Shown in pieces: positions 1 to 15,169 of a stretch of 64,000 nucleotides of DNA. The DNA is from the human T2T-CHM13v2.0 reference genome, Homo sapiens. The notes under the pieces were generated by a model. The model was given only the letters and a program-made list of their open reading frames with translations. It did not search any database and had not been told where the DNA came from. Location of the stretch: the NCBI RefSeq assembly GCF_009914755.1, contig NC_060928.1. One strand, given 5' to 3'. How positions within the stretch are numbered: position 1 is the stretch's first letter; each line of letters opens with the position of its first letter. Position numbers and translations under genes: made by a program.

Positions 1-1348
1 AGCTATAAAGAGAGCTTTTACTGAGCTACATATTTTATGTCTGAAAGTTTAATGTTAGCTTTAAAGACTCTTCAAAAGAAAGCTAAAATAACAACCATTT
101 TACACTTGTTTTAACTCCCCGGCCTTGCCAGAGACATAAGGAAGAACAAATGGTAACATATGTCACACCACCAACTGGGCAACTCGAAGGGCATGTGGTA
201 CCTGGTGATCAAAAAAGGATGTCCTCCTGATATAGGAGGGGTTGGTAGGTGATAAACAAGAAATTGCATTTCCCCACTAAAAAAGACTAGGAAAAAAACC
301 TGATGGATCCACATTTATCATTTCTTGCTCCCAAAACATACAAAAAGGTTATCAAGCTGTTTTGCTAACCTGATCACCTCACAAAGCACCACTCTCACAT
401 TGACATGTGGGTCACAGAATGTCAACGTCTTTTTAAATGGCTTTGGCTAATAAATGTAGAAGGGATGACAGAATTAGAAAACTACCATTTTCCAACCCCT
501 GAATAAGTGCTTCAGGCAGAGATTATCAACGAAGGACTAAAACCACTGGGTGAAAAGTATAATACTTGGGAAACAGGACATTCACACACAATACCACAAT
601 ACCACACATCCCACAGATGACTGACTTACTGCAAACAGAAAAAAAGTACCTTTATAATGGAAGTCTGGCAGTTGCCATCTCAACCAAGCATCAAATTTGG
701 CATCCCTAAGGGTAGGGCAAGCTGCCATGCTGAGCTTCCCAGGTGATGTCATATAAGGTACACACCATCACTCAGGAAGAATTCGCACCACAAGAATGTT
801 TATGCTAAATCTAACTGAGTCTCTAGACCCAAATTCCAGTTCACGGGGAATACCAAGGATAGAGGAACAAGTCAAACAACCCCTTAAAGAAAAGTTCAGA
901 CAAGTTCAGAATGTGAGACATGCTATATGAAAACTCCCAAGGACTTGACAAAAAGTCTTATCACAGGGGATTTTTTTAAAAATTCTAGATTTTCTAGATT
1001 AAGAGACTAAAAACAACATAATGCAGTACATAAACCTTGAGTGGAATATGTTTAGGGAAAAAGAACTATAATAGACATGGAATAAACTGGGGAAATTTGA
1101 ATATGGGCTCAATATCATTAATCTTAGATAATCACTGTTAACTTTCTTAGGTACAATGGTACCATAATAATGTAGGACGGGCTTATTCTTTGGAGAAACA
1201 CGCGGAAATATAGTGAGGTGTAAACTTATTTTCAAACAGTTAACAAAAAACAATGCACAAAGTACACAGGCACAAGAAAACAAGCTCAACTCAAGTACAG
1301 CAAATGTTAACAGTTACTGAATCTAGATGGAGCATATAAGGGTGTTCA

Positions 1349-1763
<415 letters not shown>

Positions 1764-2123
1764 TCAGCTTTAGTAAAATCTCAAGTTTGACTTCTTCTGA
1801 CTTTCTAAATGATCTCTGCACTTCCTACACATCCTCCAATGCCTGAATAGCACATGGCCTGGGGCACAGGCCATGCTGATTTCATTCTGCCTCTACTTTA
1901 AACTCAAACTCAATGCCCCCCGTCCCCTCACGTCCTCCAGGGGAAGCTTCTTCTTTATCCGTAAAATGGATTAAGAGCATTAATCACTCTCTCCCCGAGC
2001 AACTGTAAAGATTCCGGGATATACACAAAAAAACAGCTGGCCTGTCACCTAGTGCAAACCCAATCCTTGTCAGCTGGAAAAAGAGCAGAGCAGAACAAAT
2101 GAGTGACTCAGGAAAGGACTCAC

Positions 2124-2220
2124 ACTTGGATTTGGCATTGCCCCCGGCCCATCCTCCAGCAACGCAAAGAATTGCATCCACCTTCTCTTCACCCAAGAGC
2201 TTTCCAACCTCAGCAGTCAC
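2124..2220 (-). CDS. QDPR: Dihydropteridine reductase, coding exon 3 ([32 protein letters not shown])
   Basis: 97 nt; AG acceptor at 2222-2221; GTGAGT donor at 2123-2118; [10 protein letters not shown] motif; later exons lie outside the window to the left. Confidence 0.97.
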
Positions 2221-2860
2221 CTTCAACACAAGAACAAAAAAATGTATAAACTGTAAGGTAAGCCAACACAGGCTAGCATCTTTACAGATACTCAGTTTCT
2301 TTTTCTCTTCTTTTTAAGCCAGTTTACAGTACCTGGCAATTAATGCTTTGAGAATTAGACGGAAGACTAAGCTCTGATGAGCATTTTAGACATTGAAGCC
2401 CAAGTACACTTCAGTGTGATTTTTAAAAAACAATCTAGAGTCTCTGTGTATACATTCTGAAAGGTAGAGACATGAGCATCCCTTGAAATACAACAATTAA
2501 TAAATAAAAGTAGGGAAAGGTTAAAAAAAAAAGAAAAAAGCACCTAGAGCTTCACTGCCTGCACATAGTTAACATCCTGGTGTATTTCTTTCCAGACTCT
2601 CTTCACAAATCACAGAATTATAATCCAAAAAGAAGATCAACCCTGTTTTCCCCACCCCAATCCAAAAATCCCTTTAACTGCAACTCTGAAAAAAATGCCA
2701 ACGAAAAATTGTAAGAAAAATCATGAGCCAAGAAAAAATACAGTCAATAGCAATATGTTGGTAATATTAAGTACATGGGGGTTCACTTTAATGATCTCTC
2801 TGCTTCTGTTTGTTTGAGATTTTAAAGCATTGAAAATATATGTATGCCCTCTTGTTATAA

Positions 2861-3115
<255 letters not shown>

Positions 3116-3746
3116 TGAGTAGCCGGGATTACAGGCGCCTGCCACCACACCTAGCTAATTTTTGTATTTTTAGTAGAGATGGGGTTTCGCCATGTTGGCC
3201 AGGCTTGTCTCGAACTCCTGACCTCAGGTGATTCGCCTGCCTCGGCCTCTCAGAGTGCTGGGACAACAGGACTGAGCTACCACGCCTGGCCCAATCTTCT
3301 TAAGATTTAAATCAGGCTGGGCACAGTGGCTCATGCCAGTAGTCCCAGCACTTTGGGAGGCAGAGGCAGAAGGATCACTTGAGCCCAGGAGTTCAAGACC
3401 AGCCCGGGCAACATAACAAGACCTCATCTCTACATTTAGTTTTTTTTAAAAAAGACTTAAATCAACACCCTGTGTCTCTCCCAGTAGGAACATTTCAGTT
3501 GATTACCTCTTTCCCCAGTTTCATGACAAAACTGAATGTTATGCTGTTTGTTCAGAAATTCTTAAGGTTGGGGGTATGGTGGAGAAGGTACTCCTCTTCC
3601 TTTGGTGGAGTAGTAGAAGAAGGAAGAGATTTTCAAAGAAAAGTTTATAAGCACAAACGCATCTCTCAATCTCTGTCTTAGAGATGCACTCTACTGCCAA
3701 GCCTTGGGTGGGGACAACCTCCACATTCAATCTACAGGGACATTAG

Positions 3747-4094
<348 letters not shown>

Positions 4095-5314
4095 TAAACT
4101 CCTGGGCTCAAGTGATCCTCCTGCCTCGGCCTCCTGAAGTGCTGGGACTACTGGCATGAGCCACTGCACCCAGCCATTTTGGCCTTTATTACTTTATTCA
4201 CATGAAACTATTTTGCTTTAAGGCAGCTTAGCATAGCAGTTAAGAGAACAGCCGTCAGACCCCCACTGCCCATGTCCAAATAGTGGCTATGCAACCTTTT
4301 ATCTGTTTGACCTTGGACAAATACCAGGGCCTTTCTGTGCCTCAGTTACCCCCATTTAAAAGGAGGATAAAATTAGAAGCTTTGTTTGGGGATGTAATGA
4401 AGACTACACGTGTTAATGAAAATAAAGCACTGAGAATGGTGCCTGGCAACTAACAATGATGCCATGTCAACTTTCACTATTAAATTCACTAAGGTCAATC
4501 TGTATGACTTAGGTATGGGAACATTGAGACCACAGTGAGAAAAATAAGAACAACAAAAATGAAGTGCTAAAATAAGTCATCTGGCTTTTACATTCCAATC
4601 TATGTCAAACTGACACTTTAGAAAGAGCAAATGAGTAGCAGAGTTGTGCTCACAGTTTTATGTTCAAAATGTATAGATTTATACATGTATATTTTGGAGA
4701 GACAGACTGGAAGGAAATATAAATAAATGATTAACTATATGGTAGAACTATAAATGATTTCCCTTTTCTTTTTGCTTATTTGTATTTTCTATATCATACA
4801 TGCATCACTTCTAAAATTTTAAAAATTTGTTATAAAAACCAGATAAGGATCATAAAACATCAGTATTGAGATTACCAAGGAAAGTGCAACTAAATGAAAA
4901 GCAGACCCACGTACAGACCAAGTGGCACCTGAACTTATTAAAGTTCGTATCTGGAGACCTATGATCCTGACTCCACCACTGAGTAGCTTGTTGGCCTTGT
5001 CACTTAGTCGCGCAAACTTGTCTTCACAGCTGTAAAATGGCCTGCCTGCCTGCCACACTGAGTGGTTGGGAAAATAAGGCGCTTCACATAGTGATGTGAA
5101 GTTATCCTTGGGAATGTGGGCTACAGCACTAAAAACCATTAAACACAGAGTCAGCTGCGCACAGTGGCTACTCAGGAAGTCCCAGCTATTCGGGAGAATG
5201 AAGCAGAAGGATCCTTTGAGCCCAGGAGTTCCAGTCCAGCCTGGGCAACACAGTGAGAACCTGACTCAAAAGTCATCCAGGCAGCTCACCAGAAGGGCTT
5301 CTCAAGAAAGTTAA

Positions 5315-5584
<270 letters not shown>

Positions 5585-5884
5585 TGATCCGCCCATCTCA
5601 GCCTTCCAAAGTGCTGGGATTACAGGTGTCAGCCACTGCACCCAGCCTAGAGCATCTAAGATATTTATACCAGGATATCCATCAAACTGTTAATAGTGCA
5701 TCCTTCTGGGAAATGATACTATGATGGGGAGAAAAGGGACAGTTTCACAGTTTATTTCTATATTTACGTAGTTTTGTTGGACTTTTGTTTTATAATATGC
5801 ATATCATTTTATAATTAAAAATAACCTGTTTTGTTAGTGTTCCTGCTGTGAACTGGGTAACTCCACTTTTTAGAATGTATCCTA

Positions 5885-6202
<318 letters not shown>

Positions 6203-6742
6203 TCAGATATGTAGACAAAGACGTTCATCACAACATTCTTGACAATAGTAAAACAAAAATCCTGCAAAAAACTCAAATGTACAATAAACAAACTAAATAA
6301 ATTGTGGCCATTCCATAAAATGGAATATCACACATCTACAAAGAGGTTTTTTCAGTAATCTGGAGAATTATTTAAGTATAAAAAAAAAAAAAACAAAGCT
6401 TACCATAAACTATAAAATACAAAATTACCTAAACTTGTAAAAGGAGTAACATACAATATGCATAGAAAAAGACAAGAAAATAGGCCAAAATGTTAACAGT
6501 GAACTAACTCAAAATGATTATATAATTTATCTTTGTATCATTTTTCACTTTTTCCAAATTTTCCTCAATGAACACAAATGGCTTTCCTAGTTAGAGAAAC
6601 AACAGCTTTAAAAAAAAGGAAGAACAGGCCAGGCGCGGTGGCTCATGCCTGTAATCCGAGCACTTTGGGAGGCTAAGGCGGGCGGATCACAAGGTCAGGA
6701 GTTCAAGATCAGCCTGGCCAACATGGTGAAACCCCGTCTCTA

Positions 6743-6967
<225 letters not shown>

Positions 6968-7020
6968 TCACCTCTCCCCAGGGTTCCCCTCACAATGTTT
7001 GGGGGCCTTTTTGAAACTAC

Positions 7021-7113
7021 CTGGTCAGCCTGCTCAGTGAACGAGTCTGTCATTTTAACAATGATGCTAGCGCTGGCCTCTTCATTCTCCACCACATCAA
7101 CGCTGGCAACCCA
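7021..7113 (-). CDS. QDPR: Dihydropteridine reductase, coding exon 2 ([31 protein letters not shown])
   Basis: 93 nt, phase 0/0; pyrimidine tract plus CAG acceptor at 7116-7114; GTAGT donor from 7020; in frame with exon 1. Confidence 0.97.
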
Positions 7114-7644
7114 CTGGAAGGAGAAAACAGCTTTGGTTAAGAGGCAGTGAGTTGTTATTCCATGAAAGAGTCACACATAGAAATGAGGGGAGTTGGCCAG
7201 GTGTAGTGGTTCACGTCTGTAATGCCAGCACTTTGGGAGCCAATGTGGGAGGATCTCTTGAGGCCAAGAGTTTGAGACCAGCCTGGGCAACATAGCAAGA
7301 CCCAGTCCCTACAAAAAAATTTTAAAATTAGTCAGGTGTGGTGGCACATGCCTGTAGCCCCAGCTACCCGGGAGGTTGAGGCGAGAGGATCACTTGAGCT
7401 CAGTGAGCTATGATCGCACCACTGTACTCCGGGCTAGGCAACAGAAGGAGGCCTTATCTCCATTTAAATAAAAGAAAAAGAAAAAGAAAGAAAAATAAAG
7501 GAGCAGAGTGGAGACAGGTAAGAGGCTTCAATGAAAACACACCCTATATTGGGCTCCATCCCAGGCCCTCCTACCTCCAAACACTCTACTCCGCCTCCAC
7601 ATTCACCTCTAAAACACAAACCCTGCACTTCTAGAGACATCAAG

Positions 7645-7950
7645 GGCCAGCAAATTTTCTGTAAAGGGCCAGATCACAATTACCTTAGGCTTTGCTGGCC
7701 ATATGGTATCTGTTGTTACTCAAATCTGCAATTGTAACAGAACACAGCAATAAATAGGGGGAAAAAATAAGTGCAGCTGTGTTCCAATAAATCTTCAGAG
7801 CTGAAATGTGAATTTCATTAATTTTCATATACAACAAAATATAATTCTTCATTTGATTTTCTTTTCAACCACCTGAAAATGTAAAACTATTCTTAACTCT
7901 TGGGCTGTACAAAAACAGGTGGCAGACCAGATTCAGCTCACAAAGGATCC
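7645..7950 (+). mobile_element. MER58-like DNA transposon
   Basis: CAGCAAATTTTCTGTAAAGGGCCAGA...GCTGTGTTCCAATAAA...GTACAAAAACAGGTGGCAG. Confidence 0.7.
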
Positions 7951-9299
7951 CTGTCCTGCAGCAGAGAGGGATGGACTTTAGGATTGGAAATCAGACAGAT
8001 CAGGTTTGAATCCCAGCTCTGCCAGAGTGGCTTTCTCACTCCGATGCCGGGCAGAGGTTCCCAACAAAAGAGGTTGTTTGTTGATGATTAACAGGGTCAG
8101 TGTAAGAATTAAATGAAATGGAAGATGCTAAAGCTCCTGGCACAGGGGATGTTCAGTCCTTACTCAGGGTCTCTTGGTCTGAAGTCCCCAGAGATAATTA
8201 TCTCTACCTTAAGCTGTAAACACAGCATCTATTCATCAACATTTGTTATATTATTAATTAACTTGTTATCCCATGGGGGATACTGAAACAATGAAAAGTC
8301 TCCATCATCCTAGCCCTCCCTAAGATGGCAGGAAGAAGCTCGGAGGGGAAAGACCAAGAGCCAGAGGTAAATCAGCTCTCCAGATTCTGCCAAGACCAAG
8401 GTAAACCAAAGTGCCACCACCAGGAGAAAGCACAGCCTTCACCCTCTAACACATGACGCTAACAGGATCTACTGCCTTAAAGATATTGGGGGCATTAAGA
8501 GTCTATGGGAACTCTGGTACTGGGAACACAGTGCCTGGCCCTTGGCAGAAGTGCTGCCTCTGTCACCACCATGCATCTCTGAAGACCTGGGAAAGCGCCC
8601 TCATCAGTGTCCCCAAGCACTGAGCAGATGGGTGGCAGGAAGGGAGTGGTGTGACTGAATTCTTCAGAAGCATATTCCTGTACCAGATTCTGAGCAACAA
8701 GAAAACCTTGGTAAATGTACACTATTTGGGTGATGGTTACACTAAAAGCCCAGACTTCACCACTACACAACATATCCATGTAACTAAACTGTACTTTTGC
8801 CCCCTTCATCTATAAAAATTAGATAGTTTTTTTTTAAAGAAAATCCTGAAAGCCTTTTTCTGGTCCCAGGGGAACTCTTGCCCAGGCTGCTGTGCTGCTG
8901 CTGCTAACTAAGCTCCCAGAACGCTGCCGCTGGCAGTGTCTCCACCGGGAAATTGCTGAGGCCTGCTGAGCGGCTGAGGTCAAGGGTCTTTGGCCAAGTA
9001 TCAGCTCTGCTCCGACTTGCCGCCTCCTGGAAATTGACACCTGACTATGCAAAGTAGTTGAAATAGTCTTTGCAGAGCAAAGAAGCCGTCAGCGTTTTTC
9101 CGTGCTGAGCCTTCAAACTGTCAGATCCAATGGGGCTAAAAGAACAGGGGTGGGTAGTAATAGTAACATTAATAGACAGCATTTAAACAGTTTTTACCAG
9201 GCGTCAGGTAATTTATGTGCAACGACACCAATTATCTCATCTAATCGTCCCAACTCTCACTGTCAGAATCTCCGTTGTACAAATGGGGAAACCGAGGTC

Positions 9300-10120
9300 C
9301 TACGGCGTTAGGTAATCAATACGCGGTCTCATGACTAGTAACCGGGACTGGGCTGTCTCATTCTAGAGCCTTCCTTCTACACTCTCTCTCCGTCCTCTCA
9401 CCCCTGCTCCCGTTCCTCCCCTTTGGAATTCTCTCCCGAGTCACGCCGGACTTTTTGGGTCTGGCGGAGGCCCACGGAGCACCTCCTTGCACAGCAAAGG
9501 CCCAGCGCCCTGGGACTGGCGTGCGCACGCACTCGGAAACAGGAATAGACGCGTAGACCTGTGCGCGCACGTGCAAGCAACACGAGTCAGGGGGTGCACA
9601 GGGGCCCCCACCTTCCTCTAGACTGCCCCCGCCGGGTTCCACACGAAAGCCCCCGGCCACCCCCGCGGAGACCCAGCAGCCCCAGCCCGCAGCATTACCC
9701 AGTTGCGGGCCCGAAAAGCCTGCACGCATCGAGAACCCAGAGCGCCCCTGCCGCCGTACACCAGCACCCGGCGCGCCTCGCCTGCAGCCGCCGCCGCCGC
9801 CATCCTGCTCCTGCCAGCCCGGCTCCCGCAGCTCCGAATGCCTCGAGCCGGAGCGCCGCGCCCCGCCCCGGCCGGCCAACCCCGCCAAGAGGGAACGCGC
9901 GGCGGCCGCGCCCCGCTCCGCGCCCGCTGCTGCCGCCTAGCGCGCTGCCACGCTCGGGGCGCCCCGCCACCCGGAGGGACTGTAACTTCGGCCAGGCCCT
10001 GCCCCTGGGACGGGGACATCGGCGAAGCCCCTCCTCCCACCCGCCAGCAAGTGCTGGGCCTCGGGGCGTGCAGCGAGCCGGGCTAAGGGCGAGGAGGGTG
10101 GAGAGCGGGTGTTTTACGAG
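9300..10120. promoter_or_regulatory. CpG island / TATA-less housekeeping promoter of QDPR
   Basis: Very high GC and CpG density around exon 1; several GC boxes (CCCCGCCCC near 9860-9970); NRF1-like TGCGCA/TGCGCGCA and a CACGTG E-box at about 9520-9575. Confidence 0.9.
9699..9803 (-). CDS. QDPR: Dihydropteridine reductase, coding exon 1 ([35 protein letters not shown])
   Basis: ATG at 9803; 105 nt (35 codons) with the SDR Rossmann GGxGxLG motif; GTAATG donor at 9698-9693; recognised human DHPR N-terminus. Confidence 0.98.
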
Positions 10121-10457
10121 CATTAATTTGTGAAGTGTAAGCATGTAAAATATAGTATAGTACAATTTTCGACCACTGTTTTGGCAATTTTTTATTTTTA
10201 ATTGTGCATCAAAATAGAGATTTAAGTATTCCCACCTGCCAAAAAAACAGAAGAGGTCGCTACGCTCAAGGAGCTGAAAGTCCACTGCCGAGACGAGACA
10301 AACCACACTAGGTCTTATTTCTTCTATCTAACCGTAAATTTATACCCATTAATCCAAATGGCCCTTTTACTATATGCCACCCATCGCCAGACACAGATCC
10401 TGGCATTTTCTCCCTTGTATATTAGTTATTTCTGCCCATGGCCTGTATCTTTAACAC

Positions 10458-10675
10458 AGAGCCTCTCATCTACAGCACTACTGACATTTTGGGCCAGATA
10501 ATTATTTGTGACAGGTGCTGCCCTGGGTACTGTAGGATATTTACAGCATCCCTGGCCTGCATATACTAGAAATCAATAGCAAACCCCTACCCCTCACTCA
10601 TAAGAATCAAAAATATCTCCAGATTTAACAGTTGTCTCCTAGGGGCAAATTCATCACTGATAGAGAACCAGAGCT
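10458..10675 (+). mobile_element. MER20-like DNA transposon
   Basis: CACTACTGACATTTTGGGCCAGATAATT...GCAGCATCCCTGGCCT-like...GAGAACCA. Confidence 0.7.
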
Positions 10676-13016
10676 CTAACACTCTCATAACCTTCTTGAT
10701 AGCAGAACCCTGTATTACATACATCTTTGTGTCACTTCCCATCCACATATAACCTTGTACACAGCAGACACAGATGTTTGTTCAGTAAACTTGTGCCAGG
10801 TAAAGCATGCAGAAATATGTCACTAGAGAAGAGGATGCAGCCAGCAGCACATTTTGTTGTCAGAAGCTTCATTATCAGAAATAGAACTGCTAGGAGGCTG
10901 GATGGAGAGGAGAGCACCATCTATTTAGTGCTCCTTATATCCAAGGCACTGCGCTAAGTGATCTGCCTGTGCTATTTCACTTTACTCCACACGATAATCC
11001 TATGCAGATTAGAAAGCTGAGGCATGAGAGTCACAGACACTTGTCTGGAAGAGTGGGAATTTGAACACAGGTCTTCAATAGCTAGAGTTCCACTTAACCA
11101 CACCTTTGTTCAGCAAGACAAAGGCTTGTTGGGAATCAAGTGTTTCCCTTAGAGTTTTTCTGAAAACAATTGCTTAACCCTCAAAACACCAAAAGTTGAC
11201 ACAGGTCCCTCACTGACGGCAGAAATATGACTCAATGATATTTACGCAAGTCCTGACTTGTCAAAGCATGCTTAATGTTAAAATAAGAACGTGAACTAAC
11301 ATTATTGATCACTTAATGTGCCAAGCAGTCTTCTGAGCCTTTTATATGTATTCTGTTATTTTTTACCAGAAAAACATTTGCTGTTTCAAAGTCACTGGGA
11401 TGAAGATGAGCTGTTGTAATTCAAAGACCTGAATTTCAGCCCCAGCACTGACATCCAGTTTTTCATGAGAGAAATGGCTGAAATCGTGCATCTCCTGTTT
11501 ACCTTAAAGGGTTGCTGGAGCATCAGAGGTGAGCAAGCATATGGTCAAAGCATTTTGCATTTTGTACATGGTAAAGTGCCACTCATCTGTATATATAGTA
11601 AGAGACAGGATCTCACTCTGTTACTCAGAGTGGCATGATCATAGCTCACTACAGCCTTGAGCTCCTGGGCTGGAGCAGTCTTCCAGCCTCAGCCTCCAGT
11701 AGCTGGGACTACAAATACACGCCATCAGGCCCAACTATTTTTTTTTTTTTATTTTTTGTAGAGATAAGGTCTCACTACATTGCCCAGGCTCAGAAATTCT
11801 CATTTTTATTTTCATTGTGGAGTGGCCACTGAAGTGAGCCCCAGTTGCGAGGAAGGAAACTGACATTTCCATTAATGTGTCCCTCTGCTTCCTTGACACT
11901 CTCCAAGTGAGATTCCTGGGACCCCTATTGGTTAACAGTGCAACTTCCTGAACCCCCCTTCAGGCTTCTGTGACCAACTAAGAAATTTTACTGCTCCACT
12001 TTTGCCCAACTTTGCTCCCCAGAGATATGGATAGAGTGACTGTTGCCAGTCTCACATGATGTTAAGTTGATATTCAGGAATAAGGTAAAAGTCAAAATGT
12101 CAAAGTCCACAGTATAAGATAGAAAGGAAAGAATATTTCATTCCTAGTATCTACAGATTAAAAGGAAAGCCTAGATCTTCCACTATTAGAAGAGATGAAT
12201 ACCCCAGCAGTGTGGCTACTATTTGCTAATACACTAGAAAAACACTTTTCTCTCCCATTTCAGATAACGTAGAAGGAGGGACGGGTGAGAGCAATGTTAA
12301 GTGTTGGATTCCAGGCTACCCCAACAGCCACAAAGTAATTCTAGTCACAGTTTACCCCCAGCAGATTCACACAGTGAGAAATTCATAAGGCCCTATTTAC
12401 ACATTTCAATATTAAAGCCCCAAGAACCGGGGTCATTTGATGGTATTAATAACAGTCCTAAAGATTCTGACAGCAGTGACATTTCAGAGAAAGAAATGCC
12501 AGGGCACCCATGCATCAGCGAGATCGACATTTGATACTGCGCATTGTTGGCAATATTCAAGTGCTAATCATTCTGTTTTTGTTTTCCTTCTAACACATGC
12601 ATTTTTTGAGATTGGTTTGCGTCTCTTAATCTTCAGAGCTACCTGATTTTGCTTATTACTAACTCCTTTATCATTACGAGGTCCACACCAGGGCTATTTA
12701 AATACTTGAAACGAGGAACAGTTAAACAGTCTGCTGAAACATTAGTCTAGGAGGAGATATAAGGTTACTTCCTTCAGTAACACACTCCGCTACATAGTCA
12801 GGTGAAGATTGTCTCTGCAGAGGCTTCTGGATGTGGTTGTAGGAAGCATGGACTGTGCAAGCTTGCGCTGAAGGAGGACGAGAGGATGGACCTACAATCT
12901 TGAAACAGAGTGTTTGGAAGAGCTGACCTTGGAGCAGAGCATTGCCGAGTATCTGAAAGATGTCAATGACCCTCGCTGCTGCTCGGAGACCTTGGGGATG
13001 ACCTGCACCCACTAGC

Positions 13017-13269
13017 ATGCCTGGATGGTTCAAAAAGGCGTGGTATGGGCTGGCGTCTTTACTCAGCTTCTCCTCCTTCATCCTGATCATCGTTGCCCTG
13101 GTAGTGCCCCACTGGCTGAGTGGGAAAATCCTTTGTCAGACTGGAGTGGATCTGGTCAACGCCACAGACAGAGAGCTGGTCAAGTTCATTGGGGACATTT
13201 ACTACGGGCTCTTCCGAGGGTGTAAGGTGCGGCAGTGTGGGCTTGGGGGCCGCCAATCCCAATTCACGA
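13017..13269 (+). CDS. CLRN2: Clarin-2, coding exon 1
   Basis: ATG at 13017; MPGWFKKAWY...TM1...LVNAT (N48 sequon as in clarin-1)...YYGLFRGCKVRQCGLGGR clarin motif; 253 nt; GTGAGT donor at 13270. Confidence 0.97.
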
Positions 13270-14584
13270 GTGAGTATATTGGGAGCATGAAAGCTGATTC
13301 TAGGCACTCATTTTTGTTAATGTGTAAGAGTGCTTATGTCTCATTGTGGAATTTGGCTGCTGCCTCAACGTCAGGCATAATGTCAAAGTCCACAGTGAGC
13401 CAAGGGTTCTGGATCCACATCAAAAAGATCTTTCCTTCCTTCCTTGCTTCCTTTTCTTTTTCTGTAGAGATGTATAGAAACATTAGAAATAAGGATTTGT
13501 GCATTTTTGCAGTTTACCTCTATTAATTATGACTATTAAAATATTGAGAGTTTACACGTGTCAGACATTGTAAGCACCTCACGCCACTTGTCTCCTTAAA
13601 GCCTTACAACAAAGTTATACAGAAGGAATTGTTAATGTTCCCATTTTCCAGAGGAGTACACTGAGGCTTGGAGAGGTTACATAACTTACCTGAGGTCACC
13701 CAGCCAGGAAACAGTAGAGCCGGACTCCAGACCCATGCCACATGACCACAACAAGTGGGTGGAGGCTGCCTGCAGAACTGAACCTTTGGGAAGCATGATG
13801 ACCCTTTCCACATCTACTTTTGTAAAAGCTTCATAGTCTGAGAAAATGCAAAGGGGCACTGTGCTTGGGTTCTGGAATCAGACTACCCTGGCTGAAACCC
13901 CTACTGGAAAGTTTACTGGTGGGGAGACCTCAAGCAAGGCACTTGCCTGTTCTCTGTGAACGTGAGCGGGCACCGACTTTGGCTGGCGTTCAGTGTAGCA
14001 TCAGAGCTGCCCAGGATGTAAGCAGAGCAGTCTGCACAAACAGGAATCCAAGCTGGACTTAGGAACGGGCTTCTGGAAAGGAAAAAACAAAACAGGCAAT
14101 ATTCTGCAAGCCTTTTGAATCGATGAGATCACTGGTGAAAAGTGTCTGCACAAAACCGTAATTAATCAATACCATGCCAATGTAGGGTGATACAGAATTG
14201 TATTCATTCCTTGATTTCTATATTTCAGTATTGTAGTAGTTTATAGAAATCTGGCCAAGGTAAATGTCGTATTAAATTTATAAGGACAAAAAGCTGGAAC
14301 CGTTGACAAATATAATACAAATTGTCATCATTTAAACACACAAAAATTTACATTTGTTATGTATATTCAAGATCAATATGTCTGGGCATATTTATATTTA
14401 CCTAGCAATTAGATTAGACCCTGGATATTGAACAAATAGCTCCATCAAAATTATAACATAAAACTTGAAAACACACACACATAAACAAATAAAAAAAAGA
14501 AATGCTAAAAGCTAACCATGACAACTACATGGACTACTCGATTCTGAACTAGATGCTTTGCTATAAAGGATGTCTTCGGGACTT

Positions 14585-15169
14585 TAGGGGTCAAGAAAAC
14601 TTCCCCTTTGCACTCTGAAGGTTCTCTAAACAATCTACTGACAAAAGGCAGATTAATAGGGAAAATGGCTTACACATTTATTAGCATGCATAGGGGAAAA
14701 ATCACAGAGTGATTGTCCGCTATCTCAATGGGGTACAGGTGGTTGTATCCTCTTCATCTTAGGGGAAAGAGAGATGGGGAAGTGTGGATGATTTTAGGGG
14801 ACTAGTAAATTATTTTTAGGGAAATTCAATGGGCTTAAAGAACATACAGTGAGCTGGGACAAAGTCTGTTGAGCCCACAGAGCAGACATTGGTTTGTGAC
14901 AAAAGTCTGTCCAGCTGTGTTAACAGACTTTAGTCTTTCTTCCTGTGATATGGGTACAATTAATGAACACTCAGGGAAGGGACCAGAGGTCTTTTTCTTT
15001 GGTAGGTCTGGATGTAGGCAGGTAAGGGAATGTCAGAGAACAACCTCATCCTGTGCTTATGAGACAGACAAAGAATGGAGAGACACGAGGGAGAGGGGAG
15101 GCCAGAGAGACCTTGAGACTTCTTCACAAAGCTTCATATTTTAGGGGTGTTGGTTTCTGAACCCCAACA
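14585..15169 (-). mobile_element. Solo LTR (ERV1/MER4-group-like) inserted in an old L1 fragment
   Basis: Minus strand begins TGTTGGGGTTCAGAAACCAACACCCCTAAAATATG, a typical MER4-group LTR start; family not resolved. Confidence 0.6.

Noticed and set aside
111-314. Possible cryptic exon in QDPR intron 3 (acceptor-like TTTTTTCCTAGTCTTTTTTAG on the minus strand near 277-298)
   Set aside because: I could not find a matching donor or any protein similarity
9358-10306. Long overlapping ORFs (127-203 aa) on both strands
   Set aside because: Stop-codon scarcity in the CpG island explains them; only 9699-9803 matches a real exon
13270-13526. Continuation of the CLRN2 exon 1 ORF to 169 aa
   Set aside because: Read-through past a consensus GTGAGT donor; clarin similarity ends at 13269
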